The notes under the pieces are model-generated. The model was not told the DNA's origin, did no database searches, and saw only the letters and a program-made list of their open reading frames with translations. Positions 8,485 through 18,900 of a DNA stretch of 27,103 bases are shown here, one piece after another. Within the stretch, counting starts at the first letter, position 1. The number at the start of each line of letters is the position of its first letter. The stretch lies in IMG/VR virus record IMGVR_UViG_3300045988_077674, positions 1-27,103 of that record. The stretch is one strand, 5' to 3'. Source of the DNA: a virus. The translations under genes and the position numbers were made by a program.

Positions 8485-8857
8485 GAAGCGGTCACAAGGT
8501 AATACGACTTTTAATGATGGCATCTTGAAATCTGTATCAATTCGTAATGGTGGTATCTTGAAAGATTTATCGAGTTACATTCCATTTGGACAAAAGACAG
8601 TAGGATACAATCGTTTTTATAGAGCTTATAACAACGATATTAAAATATCGAAAGTTGTGGTTGTTCCTTTTGAATCAGGATTACAAGATGCAGATTATGT
8701 TGAGTGTGGCTTTTTTAGAGAGCCTAATCAACCGAGCATTTATAAGGTAGTTCAATGCCAAGAGTTACTTGATTCTAAACCTATGTGCCTTCAGTTATCT
8801 TTAGAAAAAGTCAAAACAAAGTTTGATGATAGGAGATTGAATGAGAGTACAAATTGA
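8474..8857 (+). CDS. head closure / head-tail adaptor protein
   Basis: 127 aa. It overlaps both neighbours and holds the conserved second slot after the capsid gene. Confidence 0.6.
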   Translation: MLVKKRSQGNTTFNDGILKSVSIRNGGILKDLSSYIPFGQKTVGYNRFYRAYNNDIKISKVVVVPFESGLQDADYVECGFFREPNQPSIYKVVQCQELLDSKPMCLQLSLEKVKTKFDDRRLNESTN

Positions 8858-9203
8858 AGGATTGGCAGAGATGAAAAAAGCCTTAACGAAAAAGAAAGTC
8901 GCAGTTGAAAAGGTAGCCTCGGCAGTAACCAAAGCAGGAGAAAAGGCCGAACAAGTAGCAAAGGATTTAGTTCCTAAAGATAGTGGAGCATTACATGATA
9001 GTATCCAACACAAATACGTAAGTGGCGGTAAAACGGTCATTATTGATGCACCTGCTAAAAATTCTAAAGGTGTTGAATATGCTCAGTATGTCGAGTTCGG
9101 TACTAAAAAGCATGGACCTTCTCAAAAGTTTATGCGACCTGCACAAGATGAAGGAAAAAAAGTGCTAATTGAAGAATGTAAAAAGTTGGTGGAGACAAAA
9201 TGA
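8841..9203 (+). CDS. HK97 gp10-family tail-completion protein
   Basis: The YAQYVEFGTKK motif (EFGT) and the 120 aa size are characteristic of the HK97 gp10 family. Confidence 0.75.
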   Translation: MRVQIEGLAEMKKALTKKKVAVEKVASAVTKAGEKAEQVAKDLVPKDSGALHDSIQHKYVSGGKTVIIDAPAKNSKGVEYAQYVEFGTKKHGPSQKFMRPAQDEGKKVLIEECKKLVETK

Positions 9204-9574
9204 TAAGTGAATCAATTTATGAATTATTAGGACAAGAACTTGATAAAAAATATGACACATATTATTTAGATCAAGCGGAAGATGATGCAGATTGTCCATA
9301 TATTCAGATGTATTCGATTTATGACAATCCAAGCCAATTTAAAGATTGTGAGAATGGATATTTTAATTTAGATGTTCATGTATGGCACTATCGCATGGAT
9401 AAACGAAAAGAAGTAGCGAATATTATGGACGATATTTTACGTATAGCAAAGCAACTAAAAATCGAGAATCATTCGGTAATGTGCTTATGTGATGGAAGAA
9501 GAATATTAGTCGACAATTCCACAAGTACAACGTACTTGCATGGAGTAATCACTTTGAAATTTAAATACATTTAA
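9200..9574 (+). CDS. tail terminator-like protein (by position)
   Basis: 124 aa. ATGA overlap with the previous gene. It is the last gene before the major tail protein. Confidence 0.45.
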   Translation: MISESIYELLGQELDKKYDTYYLDQAEDDADCPYIQMYSIYDNPSQFKDCENGYFNLDVHVWHYRMDKRKEVANIMDDILRIAKQLKIENHSVMCLCDGRRILVDNSTSTTYLHGVITLKFKYI

Positions 9575-9592
9575 TTAAGGAGGATATAAAAT

Positions 9593-10093
9593 ATGAAAAG
9601 TGTACATGGCAGCAAGATTATTTATATGTATCGACCATTGAATGAAGAGGCTAAAAAAAGTGCAGCGTTACGTTTAGCTTTTGTAAAAGAAAATGGTAAG
9701 ACTGTATCAACTGATGCAGATACAACACAGACTAAAGATGGTATATTGCGTTCACCTAGCCAAGCAGAAATTGAAATCACTTCTACATCTGTATTAGCTA
9801 GTGATGATAAAATGATCGAAGCGCTTGAAAAAGCACAGTTAAACAACGAAAAAGTCGAAGTATGGGAAATCAATTTAGCTAAACCAGGATCTTCTAGCGG
9901 TAAATATAAAGGAACATATTACCAAGCTTATGTTACTGAAATTGAAAAGAGCTCACCTTCAGATGATTGGACAGAAATGTCATTAACGTTCGGAATCGAA
10001 GGAAAAGGGGCTGAAGGCGATGTAACCGTTCCTACTGAAATGCTAGATGAAGCGTTGTATACATTCACTGATACAACTGCTCAATCAGAATAG
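9593..10093 (+). CDS. major tail protein
   Basis: 166 aa. Strong AGGAGG SD, followed by its own terminator and then the chaperone/tape-measure genes. Confidence 0.8.
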   Translation: MKSVHGSKIIYMYRPLNEEAKKSAALRLAFVKENGKTVSTDADTTQTKDGILRSPSQAEIEITSTSVLASDDKMIEALEKAQLNNEKVEVWEINLAKPGSSSGKYKGTYYQAYVTEIEKSSPSDDWTEMSLTFGIEGKGAEGDVTVPTEMLDEALYTFTDTTAQSE

Positions 10094-10107
10094 TTTTCTA
10101 AAACTAT

Positions 10108-10132
10108 AGGGAGATTTAATTCTCCCTTTTTT
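10108..10132 (+). terminator. rho-independent terminator after major tail gene
   Basis: AGGGAGA-TTTAAT-TCTCCCT followed by TTTTTT. Confidence 0.75.
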
Positions 10133-10183
10133 ATTTATGCGCATAAACAAAAACGAAAAGAGACAAAAAAGGAGACTTAACTT

Positions 10184-10585
10184 ATGAATATGCAATTAGA
10201 AATTAACGGAACAACATATGAATTTAGATTTGGTATTGGGTTCATGAAAGAGATTCAATCTCGATATAAAGAAATGGCTTCAATTTCAGTAGCAATTCCA
10301 AGCGGATTTAAATACGTAGTAGCTAGTATGCTAGATGGTCACATCGAAGATTTGTTTGATATTTTATACACTTCAAATAAAACAGAAAAACCACGCATTA
10401 CTGAAAAGGCCTTAATGGAATATCTAGAAGATGAATCAACTGATATTGAATCATTGATTGAACAAGTAAAGACTTTTTTATTACAAGCCAATGCATCGAA
10501 GAACTTAATGAATCAGATTATGAACGCATTGGCAGAGGAACAGACGGAAACGACGGCGACAAAAGCAAAGACGAAAAAGAAATAG
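10184..10585 (+). CDS. tail assembly chaperone (gpG-like)
   Basis: 133 aa, acidic, located between the major tail and tape-measure genes. Confidence 0.75.
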   Translation: MNMQLEINGTTYEFRFGIGFMKEIQSRYKEMASISVAIPSGFKYVVASMLDGHIEDLFDILYTSNKTEKPRITEKALMEYLEDESTDIESLIEQVKTFLLQANASKNLMNQIMNALAEEQTETTATKAKTKKK

Positions 10586-10624
10586 ACTACATCACAGAGA
10601 TTTATGATGATGTAGCTTTTTTTT
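10573..10624 (+). promoter_or_regulatory. candidate -1 programmed frameshift signal (slippery G AAA AAG plus downstream hairpin)
   Basis: In the gpG frame the codons are acg AAA AAG aaa tag. Seven nt after the heptamer, an 8-bp hairpin CTACATCA/TGATGTAG (10587-10594 / 10608-10615) is followed by a T-run at 10617-10624. Confidence 0.5.
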
Positions 10625-10635
10625 GCTTTAAAAAT

Positions 10636-10959
10636 TTGAAGTTTACATCGTTTGAGCAAGTTGATCGTGTGACTTTGGCCGAATATAAATTGATGCTTAA
10701 AACTAATTTAGGCAGAGAAGAAGAAGTTGAATATGACCGGCATTGGAGAGCCTTTTTACAAATGGCAGTCCAATCGACTGTTGGCAAAGGAAAATCACAA
10801 CGTATGCGTTATTCAAAATTTGAAAAGTTCTATAACAGAAAAAAAGCAAAAAAAGAATTGGATAAGATTTTAAATCCAAAAAGCGAAAGCAAAACAGAAG
10901 AAGAGTCTCGTGTTGAAAAAATTATTGAATATAAAAAAAGAAAGCGAGGCGATGAATAA
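10636..10959 (+). CDS. tail assembly chaperone frameshift extension (gpT-like; probably made only as a G-T fusion)
   Basis: The -1 frame relative to gpG is open from 10462 to 10959. It has no ATG or SD of its own (the track start is a TTG). It ends in a TAATG overlap with the tape-measure start. Confidence 0.65.
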   Translation: MKFTSFEQVDRVTLAEYKLMLKTNLGREEEVEYDRHWRAFLQMAVQSTVGKGKSQRMRYSKFEKFYNRKKAKKELDKILNPKSESKTEEESRVEKIIEYKKRKRGDE

Positions 10960-13955
10960 TGGCAAGTGGTGAAAACTATAAGGTTAATGTCACCTTGAGT
11001 GCTAATGATAAGAACCTATCGAAAACATTATCAAGCGTGACAAAGCAAAGTGATTCATTCCTTAGCAAGCTTAAAAACAGTGCGGTATTCGGCGCATTTG
11101 CTAGTGTAGGTGCTAGTGCGATGCATACAGTCACAAGTGCGATTAGTGGAACTATATCAGAACTTTCTGCATCCAATGTTGCATGGAAAACGTTTGAAGG
11201 CAATATGCAGATGTTAGGTCAGTCGAGTAGCGAAATCAATAAAACAAAGAAAGCGTTACAACAATATGCTACACAGACTATTTACTCTGCATCTGATATG
11301 TCTCAGACTTATTCACAATTTGCTGCAGTCGGAACTAAGAACTGTTTGCAATTGGTTAAAGGTTTCGGTGGATTAGCATCGGCTGCGGAAAATCCAAAAC
11401 AAGCGATGAAGACTTTGTCACAACAAGGTACGCAAATGGCCGCAAAGCCAATGGTGGCATGGCAAGATTTTAAGTTGATGTTAGAACAAACTCCTGCAGG
11501 TATTGCAGCAGTTGCTCGTGAAATGGGTATGAGCACTTCTGAGTTGGTTAGCGCAGTCCAAAGTGGAACTGTTAAGACTGAAGATTTTTTTAATGCGGTT
11601 GAAAAAGCAGGTAACAGTAAAGCGTTCACTAAGATGGCTACAGAGTATAAATCTGTTAGTCAAGCTATGGATGGTTTGCAAGAGACTTTAGCAAATAAAT
11701 TAATGCCTGCATATGACAAACTCAGTCAGATAGGAATAAAAGCGTTAAGTGCAATCATTGATGGTTTAGATGGATTCGATGCGAATATATTAACGAATGG
11801 AATCGATAAAGTTATCGATACATTCAAAAGATTTGGTAAAGCATTTGAAAACACAGGCGCAATTAAAGCATTTAAACAAGCACTAAGTGATGTCGGTGGT
11901 GCGATCAAAAACGTGATGAGCCAATTCAAAGATACAGGATTGATTGAAAAGTTTGGTCAAGCATTTGGTCAAGTTGTCAAATTTGTATCACAAGCTATAA
12001 GTGCAGTAAGTAAATTTATTGGTAAATTAAATGGTGCTCAATTAAGTGGTATCGTAGGTTCAGTATTAGGAGTTGTAGGTGGATTTAAGGCTTTTAATTT
12101 TTTGAAGAGTTTTAATCCTTTTGGTATTTTCAAGAAAAATGCAGAAGAAGGGGTCGAAGGAGTAGCTAAGGCTACGAGAACACATAGTTCAAGTGCTATG
12201 CGAACTTTAAAAGATTTGTCAGTTTCGTATAAGAACTTTGGAAAAGGTACTAGCGATAGATTAAAAGGATTAGGCTCACTTTTTAAACAAACCTTTCAAG
12301 GCTTGGGGGATTTGTTAAAAAAAGCTAATCCCGTAAATATCTTGGCCTTAGGTGGAGCATTGTTCATGGTGGCCGCCGGTATTGCTTTAATCGGCGAAAG
12401 CGGTAATGGTTTAAGTTCAATTGCAGAATCACTTGGAAAAGCATTTAGTGAAGTTATTGCGACTACAATTGATGCAGTAACTCAAGCATTAATTGCATTA
12501 GCTCCAGTATTGCCAACAATTTGTGATGCATTTGCTCAATTAAGTCCATTAGTTGAGGCCTTTGGTGATGCATTTGGTACTGTAATCGAATCAGTAGGTA
12601 ATGCAATTGCAAATATTGTAAATGCAATCGGTCCAGTTATCGAAAGTGTAGTTCAAATCATAGCCAATGCGATTGTACAGATTGTACAAGCTATTGCTCC
12701 ATTTGCACCTGCGATTGCAGATATGGTACAAGCTATATCTGATGCAATTCAATCAATTTGTGATGCATTCATTGCATTGGTTCAGAATATCCAACCAATC
12801 GTTGAATCGGTCAAAGACTTAGTTCAACAGTTAGGTGATTCAATATCACAAGTATTTGAGTCGGCATCTGATGTGATCACATCGTTCGGTGATGCAGTAA
12901 GTGGCATTTTAGATTCACTAGCAGGTGTGATTGATTCGATTGGTCAATCGGCATTGAATGCAGGTAAAGGATTTAAAGAATTAGCAAAAGGAATACAAAT
13001 CATTACAGGTCTGAATTTACTTGATATGGCCGCATCATTAGGAGCAGTCGCAACAGGTGTAGGTGCGATAGCTACTGCATCAAGTGGTATTGGTGATGCA
13101 GGTACTCAAATCATGAATTTAGCAATCGGATTAGGATTGCTGGTTGGATATACAGATAGCCTAAGTGGATTAGCTAGTGTAATGCCGAGTGTTATTAGTT
13201 CGTTTAGTGGTATCGAGTCTATAAGTGGACCTTTAGCAAGCGCTAGTGGTGCGATGGTTCAATTTGCATCTAGCGTAAGTGGATTAGTTGGTTCAACAAC
13301 TGTAGCAAGTTCTGCGTTAATTGCATTAGGGGTTGCTTTAACACAGATTGCAATTCAAGGTGGGCAAGCAGGTACACAGTTAGGTACTAAATTTAAGACT
13401 GGATTACAGAGCGGATTAACTCAATCAGTGAGCGTTGCTCGTTCAATGTCTAGAAGTATTACAAGCGCATTAAAATCGGCTTCCAGTGGTGCTTATACTG
13501 TTGGTCAAATGATTGGTAATGGTTTGGCTAATGGTATGGCTAGCACATTAGGAAGAGTAAGTGCAATTGCTACACGATTGGCACAAGAGGCAGAAAAAGC
13601 TACTCGTGCAGCGGCTAAAGTTCATTCTCCTTCAAGAGTGTTCATGGCTATCGGTAATTATATCGGTGAAGGTTTTGCAATTGGTATTGAACAAACTGCA
13701 CGAATGGTTCGAAAGGCTACTGAATCAATCGTAAGTATTCCTAATGCTCAATCATTTGATGGCTATGGATTTAGAATGGACGGAGTAAGTAATGTTAATT
13801 CAACGACTTATGATTTTAATTCAAATCAAAGCTTTACATTTAATTCAACATTGACTTTGGATGGCCGAACTTTAGCTAAGGCATCCAATAGATACACAGA
13901 AGAAGAATTAAATAAGAGTGCTAAATTCAAAGATAGATTGGCAGGTGTTGTTTAA
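10959..13955 (+). CDS. tail tape measure protein
   Basis: 998 aa, Ala/Gly/Ser/Ile-rich with helical repeats and glycine-rich hydrophobic segments. It holds the canonical slot after G/GT. Confidence 0.93.
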   Translation: MASGENYKVNVTLSANDKNLSKTLSSVTKQSDSFLSKLKNSAVFGAFASVGASAMHTVTSAISGTISELSASNVAWKTFEGNMQMLGQSSSEINKTKKALQQYATQTIYSASDMSQTYSQFAAVGTKNCLQLVKGFGGLASAAENPKQAMKTLSQQGTQMAAKPMVAWQDFKLMLEQTPAGIAAVAREMGMSTSELVSAVQSGTVKTEDFFNAVEKAGNSKAFTKMATEYKSVSQAMDGLQETLANKLMPAYDKLSQIGIKALSAIIDGLDGFDANILTNGIDKVIDTFKRFGKAFENTGAIKAFKQALSDVGGAIKNVMSQFKDTGLIEKFGQAFGQVVKFVSQAISAVSKFIGKLNGAQLSGIVGSVLGVVGGFKAFNFLKSFNPFGIFKKNAEEGVEGVAKATRTHSSSAMRTLKDLSVSYKNFGKGTSDRLKGLGSLFKQTFQGLGDLLKKANPVNILALGGALFMVAAGIALIGESGNGLSSIAESLGKAFSEVIATTIDAVTQALIALAPVLPTICDAFAQLSPLVEAFGDAFGTVIESVGNAIANIVNAIGPVIESVVQIIANAIVQIVQAIAPFAPAIADMVQAISDAIQSICDAFIALVQNIQPIVESVKDLVQQLGDSISQVFESASDVITSFGDAVSGILDSLAGVIDSIGQSALNAGKGFKELAKGIQIITGLNLLDMAASLGAVATGVGAIATASSGIGDAGTQIMNLAIGLGLLVGYTDSLSGLASVMPSVISSFSGIESISGPLASASGAMVQFASSVSGLVGSTTVASSALIALGVALTQIAIQGGQAGTQLGTKFKTGLQSGLTQSVSVARSMSRSITSALKSASSGAYTVGQMIGNGLANGMASTLGRVSAIATRLAQEAEKATRAAAKVHSPSRVFMAIGNYIGEGFAIGIEQTARMVRKATESIVSIPNAQSFDGYGFRMDGVSNVNSTTYDFNSNQSFTFNSTLTLDGRTLAKASNRYTEEELNKSAKFKDRLAGVV

Positions 13956-15487
13956 TGCTATATGGATTTAGAGATACAACAGATACAAGTGGCGTGCTAG
14001 GTAGTAATTTACCTAGCGAAGCCATGAATTTTAACGGAAAGTTTTTAGAAAATGAAATAAATGGATATCGAACTTTGACAGTAAGTGGTAGAGAGTTAAT
14101 TGGTTCTGAATTTAAAGCTAAAGAAATTGAAGGCCTTGATGGTACGATTTGGAAAGAAAAATACTTAAAACCACGCACGATCACAGTGAAATATCAGATA
14201 AATGCATCTAGTAACAAAGAATTTAGAGATGCATATAACAAGATGAATTTATTGCTTAGTGGAGAACAAGCTAAGATTTATTTCAATGATGAAACTGATA
14301 AATATTTCATTGGAACTAAAACTTCAAACGATGAAGTTGATGGTGGTACGAATTATGTGATTGGTGAGATTGAGATTTATTGCTCAGACCCTAGGAAATA
14401 TTCATCCACAGAAAAAGAATTTACCGCTACTGATGGAGTATTGAACATTGTCAATGAAGGAACTGTACCTGTAAGTATTGATTATGATGTTCAGACAACA
14501 TCTGAAACCGGATATATTGGTATCGTATCAACTGAAGGAGTAATGCAGTATGGAAAAATTGAAGAACTTGATTCAGAATCATATCAACAGAGTGAACATT
14601 TAGTTAATATCAACAACTTTTACAATTGTGCAGATGACACTGGTGGAACGGATGTAATGCATCCACAATTTGGTGCTAATGGAACTTGTGCAAAAAAAAG
14701 TTGGTTTGGTCAAAACTTTCTAGGTTTTGGAACGGTTGGAGCAAAAAAAGGAAATGCTAGTGGTGGATTAAGAACATTGGTAATACCTGCAGATTCAAAT
14801 GGAGATTCAAGTGGATCTCAGAACTTCTATTGTTATTTTCATTTGATATTCTATGCGAGTTTGATGGGTCAAACTGGTGAAATGTGTATCAACTTCTTAA
14901 CAGCAGATAATAAATTGATTTGCGGTTGTAACTGGTACAAGACAGATACAGTAGGTAATACAGGACATTATGAGTTTTGGGCGAATGGTAAAATGCTAAG
15001 AGAGTTCTCATACACTACTTCACATTTACACACGCAAAATCCATGGTATTGGGACTGGGGTCATTGCGATATTCTAAAAGAGGGAGGAAACATTCGCTTC
15101 TTCTACTGGGGAGGATATCACGACTACTACATTCCAGAGATTGTAAACATGAAGTGCACCAAGATTCAGGTTGCATTTAAACAATGGGGTGATAGAGGTG
15201 GAAACCAATTGATGGGCATGATGGGGTTTGATGTAATAAACTTCACAAAGAACAATGTTTCGAAATGGAGAGATATACCAAACAGATATCCAAGTGGAAC
15301 TAAAATCACGATTGACGGAAAATCATCTCACGTTTATGTAAACGGAATGTCTAGACCTCAAGATGAGGTTTTAGGAACTAAGTATTTTAAAGCACCAGTC
15401 GGTACTACAGAGATAAAGACTACGTGCTCTAGTTGGTCAAAATCGAAGCCGACAGTGAAAGCTAGAATAAGGGAGGCATGGTTATAA
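13955..15487 (+). CDS. distal tail protein (Dit), long 'evolved' form with C-terminal extension
   Basis: TAATG overlap with the tape-measure gene. 510 aa is about twice a minimal Dit. The C-terminal ~300 aa are Trp/Gly/Tyr/Cys-rich, like a carbohydrate-binding insertion. Confidence 0.75.
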   Translation: MLYGFRDTTDTSGVLGSNLPSEAMNFNGKFLENEINGYRTLTVSGRELIGSEFKAKEIEGLDGTIWKEKYLKPRTITVKYQINASSNKEFRDAYNKMNLLLSGEQAKIYFNDETDKYFIGTKTSNDEVDGGTNYVIGEIEIYCSDPRKYSSTEKEFTATDGVLNIVNEGTVPVSIDYDVQTTSETGYIGIVSTEGVMQYGKIEELDSESYQQSEHLVNINNFYNCADDTGGTDVMHPQFGANGTCAKKSWFGQNFLGFGTVGAKKGNASGGLRTLVIPADSNGDSSGSQNFYCYFHLIFYASLMGQTGEMCINFLTADNKLICGCNWYKTDTVGNTGHYEFWANGKMLREFSYTTSHLHTQNPWYWDWGHCDILKEGGNIRFFYWGGYHDYYIPEIVNMKCTKIQVAFKQWGDRGGNQLMGMMGFDVINFTKNNVSKWRDIPNRYPSGTKITIDGKSSHVYVNGMSRPQDEVLGTKYFKAPVGTTEIKTTCSSWSKSKPTVKARIREAWL

Positions 15488-18400
15488 TGGAACAAATAAG
15501 AATAGCAATATTAACTCCTTACGATAAGGTTCTAGCTTTTTTAGACAACACAGTACCTAGCGCAATGCATTACTTTGATGAAACATTGCATACATATTTG
15601 AAAGGCTCAGCATATACATTTGAATTCACTACATTGACTGCACATGATGATGCAGTCTTTTTAGTTGAAGGAAATAGGCTTAGCTTTACAAGAAAAAACA
15701 AAGGCTATTATTTAACAATCATGAATGTTGAAAAAGGTGGTGACACAACAACTGTTACCGCCTACGGTCTTTGCCTTGAATTAACGAATGAATATGTAGA
15801 TGCTTATAAAGCTCCTAGAGCTATGTCATTTGCAGAATATGTAAATGCGTATGGATTTGAGAAATCGTTCGTAATTGGCAAGAATGAAGTATCAGATAAA
15901 CGTATCACGCATGAGTGGACTGGTAGCGATACTGTACTAGCTCGATTGTATTCAATTGCAAATGTATTTGATGCAGAATTAGAGTTCGTAACTCAATTGA
16001 ATGATGATTATTCTTTGAAAAATTTTGTGTTGAATATTTACAGAGCACATTCAGATTCCATTCAAGGAATGGGAAGTGACAAGCGCAGTACGATATTAAG
16101 ATATCCAAATGATGTGTATGGAATTATTAAAACAAGTGATATTACTGAGCTATACACTGCAATCAGACCTACAGGAACAAATGGATTACAACTTAACTCA
16201 ATCAGTGGTCGAGTTGTAAATGATTCAAACGGAAATGTTTTGTATAAAGTTAACGGAAACAACATACTAGCACCTCAAGCAAGAGATAGATTCCCTTCAA
16301 CTTTACTTACGAATAATTCAAATGATATGTACGCAGTGCAAATTTGGTCTTATGAAACTGAAAATGTTGAGACATTATACGGTCAAGCACTAGCTCAATT
16401 GAAAAAGAATTGTGTTCCTAAAGTTACATATGATATAGATGCATATATTGATGCGGATATCGGCGATACATTCACAATCGAAGATGCAGAGTATAGTCCT
16501 ACGTTGTATTTAGAAGCACGAATCACAGAACAAGAGATTTGTTTTACAGATTCAGAGAAATGCAAAACTATTTTTGATAACTTTGAAGAAAAACAATCAC
16601 AGATTAGTTCGGCTTTGATCAGTGAAATGAACAAGATGATTGAATTGAAGAAGGTTTACGAAGGCTCAATCGTATCTTCAAATGGAGTTCTATTTAAGGC
16701 AGATTCAGATTTAACTGAATTGACTGCATTGGTAAAGGATGATGGTGTTGATATTACATCTAAGTATTCGATTATTTGGTATAAAGATGATGAGAGGTTA
16801 TCAACGAGTCAAACAATCACAGTCAACGCTTCAGACTTCACAGAAAAGGCCGTATATCGATTTAAAGCAATGAGTGGTGAAATACTTAAAGCAAGTGCAG
16901 AAGTCACTGTAATGCGACTACAAGATGGTCAGAATGGAACAAGCGCATATGTACATATTGCCTATGCAAACAGTTCAGATGGTCGTGTTGATTTCAGTTT
17001 AACAGACTCAAATCGTAAATTTATTGGTCAGTATTCGGATTCAAAACAATATGGTTCTGAGGACCCAACAAAATACCGATGGTCTGTAATTAAAGGTGAA
17101 GATGGCCAGTCGTTCATAAGTGCCGAGGAACAGTTCTATTATTCAACATCACAAACCGAATTAGTCGGCGGTGAGTGGTTTGTTGGTAATGTGGTTTATC
17201 AAAGTGATAAGTTCCTTTGGAAACGTTGGAAATGTACGTATGCAAATCCAAGTGAAATCAAGTACACGAAAGCTATATTTGACAACACATGGAATGAGAT
17301 TGACTCAAAGATCGGTGAGATTCATACTCAAGTATCTCAAGCTAACAATCAATCTAAAGAAGCAGTTGATAAAGCAACGCAAGCTCAAACGGCAGCAAGT
17401 AAAGCGAATGAATTAGCTAATACCGCTAACACTCAATCTAGTGAAGCTAAGCAACTAGCACAAGAAGCAAATACTAGTACTGGTAAAGCTCAACAACAGA
17501 TTGATGCAATTAAAGGTGATATCACTGATTCAAAGCAACAGATTCAAGATGCAGTGGATAAAGCCAACGCAAACGCAAGTGAAATTGCTACTGTTAAAGA
17601 AACATACGCTACAAAGGTTGACTTAACTACTGAATCAAAAACGATTCATGCAGATGTTTCAACTGAGATTGAAAAGAAAGTCGGTGAGTTATCGGCAACA
17701 GTTTCTCAAACTTATGCTTCTAAGAGTGATTTAACAAGCATTGAAGGTAGCTTAAATACCAAGATTAAACAAAATGCCGATTCGATTACAACTCAAGCAA
17801 GTTCAATCGAAAAGCTACAATCAGATACAACGCAAGCTCAGTTAGATATCGCTGATGCAACAAAGAAAGCAACTCAAGCTCAAGCGACTGCAAATCAAGC
17901 AGTTACAAATGCTCAGAGTGCTCAAACTTTAGCGGATGAAGCTAAACAAAAGGCAGACAGTGCTCAATTGAATTTAGACAATGCTAACAAGGAGTTAGCG
18001 GATGCAAAAGCTAATCTAGAATCAGTGACTGGTAGAGTTGATGCGACTGAGAGTGAAATCACAAAAGCTCAAACTCGTTTAACAAACGCAGAAACCGCAG
18101 TACAGAAAGCTCAGTCTGATGCAACTAAGGCTCAAGATAATGCACAAACGGCAATCAACAATGCTAAGGAAGCTCAAGGAGTTGCAGATGCAGCTAAAGC
18201 TAATGCAGATAAAGCTCAGAAAGATTTGGCAGATTTAACGAATAAAGTAACTTCAAATACAACGGCAATTGAACAAAATGCAAAAGCTATTAAATTACAA
18301 GCTACTAAGATTACTGAGACTAGTAATAAAGTCGATGGTGTAAAAGAAGATCTTGCCAACAACTATTATTCTAAAACTGAAACTGATGCTCAGATTAAAG

Positions 18401-18888
18401 TAGCAACTGATGGAATTAAGCTTAGTGTATCAGAAACCTACATTACTAAAACTGAAGGTGAAAGTATTACTAATGCTGCTAACAATGCCTTAAATAATTC
18501 AACGCAAGCGAAAAAAGATGCAGAGAGTGCATTGAATAAAGCTCAAGATATTGTAGATAAAGTTAACAGTGGTGAACTTGATGGTGAAGACGCAGTTATG
18601 CTCTGCATTGAATCTACAAATGGCACAACTTTCAAGAACAGTGATGTTGCGACGATATTTATCGTTAAGATATACGTTGGAAGCACCACGATAGACAATT
18701 CGACTAAATTAAAAGAAGTGTTTGGGAAGGATGCATACTTACAATGGCTGATTAAAAGACATGGCGAAGAAGAATTTACGAATATTCCATTAGATGATTC
18801 ACGATTAAATGACAATGGATTCATGTTCACACTTAACGCAAAAGATATAAGTTTTAAAGCAGTATTTAACTGTGAATTAAATATTTAG
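15487..18888 (+). CDS. tail-associated protein (Tal / prophage-tail N-terminal domain) with ~400-aa coiled coil and C-terminal Ig-like domain
   Basis: I preferred ATG 15487 (TAATG overlap, GGGAGG 10 nt upstream) because ATG 15478 is only 1 nt from the SD. The N-terminal ~380 aa are Tal-like by position. Residues ~620-1010 are Ala/Gln/Thr/Lys-rich heptad-like coiled coil. Confidence 0.75.
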   Translation: MEQIRIAILTPYDKVLAFLDNTVPSAMHYFDETLHTYLKGSAYTFEFTTLTAHDDAVFLVEGNRLSFTRKNKGYYLTIMNVEKGGDTTTVTAYGLCLELTNEYVDAYKAPRAMSFAEYVNAYGFEKSFVIGKNEVSDKRITHEWTGSDTVLARLYSIANVFDAELEFVTQLNDDYSLKNFVLNIYRAHSDSIQGMGSDKRSTILRYPNDVYGIIKTSDITELYTAIRPTGTNGLQLNSISGRVVNDSNGNVLYKVNGNNILAPQARDRFPSTLLTNNSNDMYAVQIWSYETENVETLYGQALAQLKKNCVPKVTYDIDAYIDADIGDTFTIEDAEYSPTLYLEARITEQEICFTDSEKCKTIFDNFEEKQSQISSALISEMNKMIELKKVYEGSIVSSNGVLFKADSDLTELTALVKDDGVDITSKYSIIWYKDDERLSTSQTITVNASDFTEKAVYRFKAMSGEILKASAEVTVMRLQDGQNGTSAYVHIAYANSSDGRVDFSLTDSNRKFIGQYSDSKQYGSEDPTKYRWSVIKGEDGQSFISAEEQFYYSTSQTELVGGEWFVGNVVYQSDKFLWKRWKCTYANPSEIKYTKAIFDNTWNEIDSKIGEIHTQVSQANNQSKEAVDKATQAQTAASKANELANTANTQSSEAKQLAQEANTSTGKAQQQIDAIKGDITDSKQQIQDAVDKANANASEIATVKETYATKVDLTTESKTIHADVSTEIEKKVGELSATVSQTYASKSDLTSIEGSLNTKIKQNADSITTQASSIEKLQSDTTQAQLDIADATKKATQAQATANQAVTNAQSAQTLADEAKQKADSAQLNLDNANKELADAKANLESVTGRVDATESEITKAQTRLTNAETAVQKAQSDATKAQDNAQTAINNAKEAQGVADAAKANADKAQKDLADLTNKVTSNTTAIEQNAKAIKLQATKITETSNKVDGVKEDLANNYYSKTETDAQIKVATDGIKLSVSETYITKTEGESITNAANNALNNSTQAKKDAESALNKAQDIVDKVNSGELDGEDAVMLCIESTNGTTFKNSDVATIFIVKIYVGSTTIDNSTKLKEVFGKDAYLQWLIKRHGEEEFTNIPLDDSRLNDNGFMFTLNAKDISFKAVFNCELNI

Positions 18889-18900
18889 GAGGATTTCAAA

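Noticed and set aside
10094-10183. A possible 3' frameshift extension of the major tail protein, as some siphoviruses have.
   Set aside because: The stop is followed within 15 nt by a strong terminator, and no alternative-frame ORF continues past it.
10976-11929. Four minus-strand ORFs (10976-11203, 11309-11629, 11481-11681, 11726-11929) inside the tape-measure gene.
   Set aside because: They are antisense to a long, clearly coding gene. Their Ala/Cys/Leu-rich sequences reflect the low-stop complement of a GCx-rich frame. None has an SD.
17171-17416. An 81-aa + strand ORF inside Tal, out of frame.
   Set aside because: It lies entirely within the Tal gene, has no SD, and its Lys/Arg/Gln-rich sequence comes from reading the coiled-coil region in another frame.
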